Below are positions 60,900 to 64,000 of a stretch of DNA of 64,000 bases, piece by piece. Under the pieces are notes generated by a model. That model had not been told where the DNA came from and ran no database searches. It saw only the letters and a list, made by a program, of their open reading frames with translations. Position 1 is the stretch's first letter. Every line of letters begins with the position of its first letter. The position numbers and the translations under genes were made by a program. Source of the DNA: Paecilomyces variotii (taxonomy: Eukaryota); NCBI GenBank assembly GCA_004022145.1, contig RCNU01000001.1; one strand, written 5' to 3'.

Positions 60900-61188
60900 T
60901 ATGAGATTCCAATCCCAATAAAGCAATTGGAGTTTCGAGGGCTTGAGCAGTACATTTTCACACACTTACTAAATGGTTAGTGTTCAGCACAGTTCACGGG
61001 TCTGCCGAGTTCCAGCTCGCCGTGGTTCGAATTAGAATATATATCAAGGTACATATAAGCTCGCAAGTAATTAGAAACGAATAGATCAAATAGTTAATAC
61101 TTAAACTAGTTATGAAATCTCTATTTATTAGTTTCAGACTGCAGAACAGGCTAATATAAGTAAGCTGGTCTCATCGAGTTTCCTGAAA

Positions 61189-61420
61189 CTAAACTCTGCC
61201 TGCTAATACTGGTTGCATCAAGAATTCGTCATGTGCGAGTTCCTCTGCAGTCGGCCGTTCATCAGGCAACCAACATAATATCTTCTGCACAAAGTTCAGA
61301 AATAACTGTTTATCTTCCCGTTCTTGATTTCTCTGGCATCGATACAGAACCTTCCAGTTGCCTGCAACAGAACTGCAAGAGGAGAGATCCAAATTATGGA
61401 TGGAAGAAAATACCTTGTAT
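61189..61420 (-). pseudogene. C-terminal remnant of an SRPK-like protein kinase
   Basis: EDKQLFLNFVQKILCWLPDERPTAEELAHDEFL matches kinase subdomain XI. No intact upstream kinase ORF is present. Confidence 0.6.
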
Positions 61421-62776
61421 ATCCCAGTATTGGTAACATTTCTTGCTCCTTTGCAGAAACCCCAAGGGTGGTGGCTCTATCAAAGAAACCATGTCAGCTG
61501 AATGTTGTTCATCGTCGAGGAGTCCTTTGTTCTTTGCGAAAAAAGAGGTGGCATCATTCCACTAGGTCCTAAGCCCTAAGGCATCTATCAGTGTTCATGT
61601 CCGATTCTGAAGACCAGAAATAATCTAGACGCAACGTACCATAGTCGCAATTGATCATAGATCAACCTTCCACTGAATCTCGAGCGTCGTAGATGTGTGT
61701 TCTTGCGTGAAGATTTCGTGTTACTGCGTTGACATAACTGCCAAAAGTTATGTTTCAGCGTATAGTCTACGATACTCATCAGTGTTACCAACTCGTAATT
61801 TGAAGAGTAAGCATTGAGATCGAGTTATCTCACTAGTAGGTACCTATTAATACGTTTGCAGATGAGTTCTACTGGATCTCGTGAGATAAGTTAGTTCCAG
61901 AATTTTCACGGGCACTTTACAATTTAATATACTCCGAATTTATATTAAGCTCATACTAAATAAAACTTTGATATAGGCTCATTATTTACTTTAGGAAGGC
62001 GGAAAATAATAATAGAATTTAGAACTATACCAAGGAATCTTTTAAACACGCCGTAATTACTTACCGTCTGCGGACTGGCAAATTGACTCGGATGCCAATG
62101 CCGGGATACTTAAGTACCCCGGATTGCCGACTACCTAGTGCCCGTCCTGGCGCCTAAGAGAACCCCCTGAAAGAAATAATTCAAGAGACTCGATCATGAT
62201 CTTTTCTTCTCTTCTCTTCTCTTCTCTTTCCTTGACCGATGCGGGGAAATAATAATAATGCCCTGTTCTCTATACAATATTCCCCTCATCTCCGCGGAAA
62301 AGTTCGCCAGGGACTTTAAGTACGCGGGCCGAGATGTACTCTAAGCTGAATCCGGAGTTTCTGTTACCAAACACCAAGCGCGCTGACTGGCTTCTGCTCG
62401 TTTTTCTCACGAAGATCGGCCGCCAGTGATTATAACTAAACCTACCAGATGTCCTGGCTGTGACGTGAGGGGAAGAAAACCTGAATAATGATTATTGAAG
62501 GCCAAAACGCGCCGCCCCAAGAACAATAATAATGGCAAAATGCTGTCCCAGATGCCCGTTCTCCTGGAAGACCCCGAGGGATGATGCGAGAGGAGGCCTT
62601 TTCCTGCAAGCGGAAGGTTCTGGGTCGGTACTTCTAGTGCCTGGTTCTTTTATAGGAGTCATCCCTGACGATGATAATTACCTTTCCTTCGATTGATTGA
62701 TTGATTCCTTGAACGAACACCAATCCCCTATCCACTAGGTGCTCATCTGCTCCCCGACAATCAACAGTCGGTGGCC

Positions 62777-63721
62777 ATGTGGTTACCCGATGCGGCCAGC
62801 TGGAATATTGATATTGATCGGTACCTGAACCCTTTTCTTCCACCTCCGCCGTGGAAGTACCTGCCCTATCCCGTCTCGTGGTGGTTTGGGTACCGGAAGA
62901 ACCCCCCTCGTGCACTGGGAAATGTCCTGATCGCTTTCTGGTCCTGCATCGGGATCTTTTGTGGAATCCTCTTGATCGAGGGCGTGTCGCGCCATGTGCA
63001 GGTGTTTCGGGACCATGGAGCGCCAATAATCGTAGCCAGTTTCGTAAGTTACCTGTCGTCTCTCTTCGGATCTCCTGTCGTTGCCCCGTTGCGGGCGGGT
63101 GAAGAGGTTGTATAATACTCATTCCTCCGGTCATGTACTTAGGGCGCGGGCGCTGTACTGCACTTTTCTGCTATCGAATCACCTCTGGCGCAGCCCCGAA
63201 GCGCTATCCTGGGCCAACTCATCGCCTCAGTCATCGGGGTCGGTATTGCCAAGTTATTTGCCCTGAACCCAGACGCGGAGAATCTGCGCTGGATCGCCGG
63301 AGCCTTAGCATGCGCCGCAGCCACCGTTGTTATGATTTTGACCAAAACCATCCATCCGCCCGCGGGCTCGACCGCTCTCCTGGCAGCTGTCGACGAGAAC
63401 ACGTTGGCACTCGGATGGTTGCTCGTTCCCATTATGCTGCTGGGTTGTGCGTTGATGCTGGCCGCAGCGTTGGTCGTGAACAACCTCCAACGACGCTTTC
63501 CTTCTTTCTGGTGGACGCCGGAGGACTTGACGAGACAGAAGCCGTCTGATCTGGAGAAGACGGAGACCAAATACGAACCCTCTCTGGGGAGCAGTAGTTC
63601 CCCGACGGAGACGCCAGAAGTGCAGTTGATCATTCGGAAGGGGGAAGTGATTGCGCCAGAGGGGTTTTATTTGACGGACGAAGAGCGACAGTATCTGGAA
63701 AGTCTTGTTGAACGAACATAA
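62777..63721 (+). CDS. HPP family membrane protein
   Basis: Intron 63044-63142 gives IIVASF|GAGAVLHF..ESPLAQPR, followed by TKTIHPPAGSTAL. Confidence 0.9.
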
Positions 63722-63738
63722 TAGTTAATATCTGTGAT

Positions 63739-63761
63739 TATATATATATATATATATATAT
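63739..63761. repeat. (TA)n microsatellite
   Basis: About 11 TA units in the 3' region of the HPP gene. Confidence 0.85.
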
Positions 63762-64000
63762 TATATACTATATATACGTTAATAAATTGATGGCCACGAA
63801 ACCGAGATATCTTTCCCTTTAAGCAATGGATCAGCAGATGTTTTCGTCCCTTCAGTCTCCAATACGCTAGCTATAGCCTGATGGGTAGTATCCTTCCAGA
63901 TATAGGGTAATTAATTTACAGATCTAGATAGACATCGAATATTGTCAACTACCATATGGTCCATCCAATGCGATCTATGGTATATCAGTTTGCCACTTCA

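Overview
Eukaryotic, intron-containing DNA from a filamentous ascomycete. Eurotiales-like origin is inferred from the gene families, the short GT-AG introns and the RIP-like mutation pattern. Conserved genes are a Rho GEF, phenylacetyl-CoA ligase, SQT1, complex I B12 subunit, CAF1, an S10 carboxypeptidase, copper amine oxidase, tRNA-Glu(CTC), an MFS transporter, SEC72, a MARVEL protein, a Gfo/Idh/MocA oxidoreductase and an HPP protein. These are interspersed with accessory patches. The most unusual patch is about 12-21.3 kb. It holds an orphan PNP_UDP-domain gene and a non-histone protein that starts with a near-perfect histone H3 tail (MARTKQTARKSTGGRGPRK) and ends in a Cys/His cluster plus NLS. 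It also holds a SAD/SRA-like + AlkB 2OG-Fe(II) dioxygenase gene whose upstream region has a 17-bp minisatellite, three TATA/pyrimidine-tract modules, hairpins and a 64-nt copy of its own coding sequence. Other notable items are a RIP-mutated Fot1/pogo transposon (44-bp TIRs, TA duplication) inserted near codon 25 of a kinase-like gene, a divergent MysC-like ATP-grasp gene facing a decayed O-methyltransferase (possible mycosporine cluster relic), an intronless MlrC-family gene beside the tRNA, and a DUF3632-like gene broken by one extra base in an A8 run. All family calls are from motif recognition, with no database searches run. Exon boundaries were read by eye.
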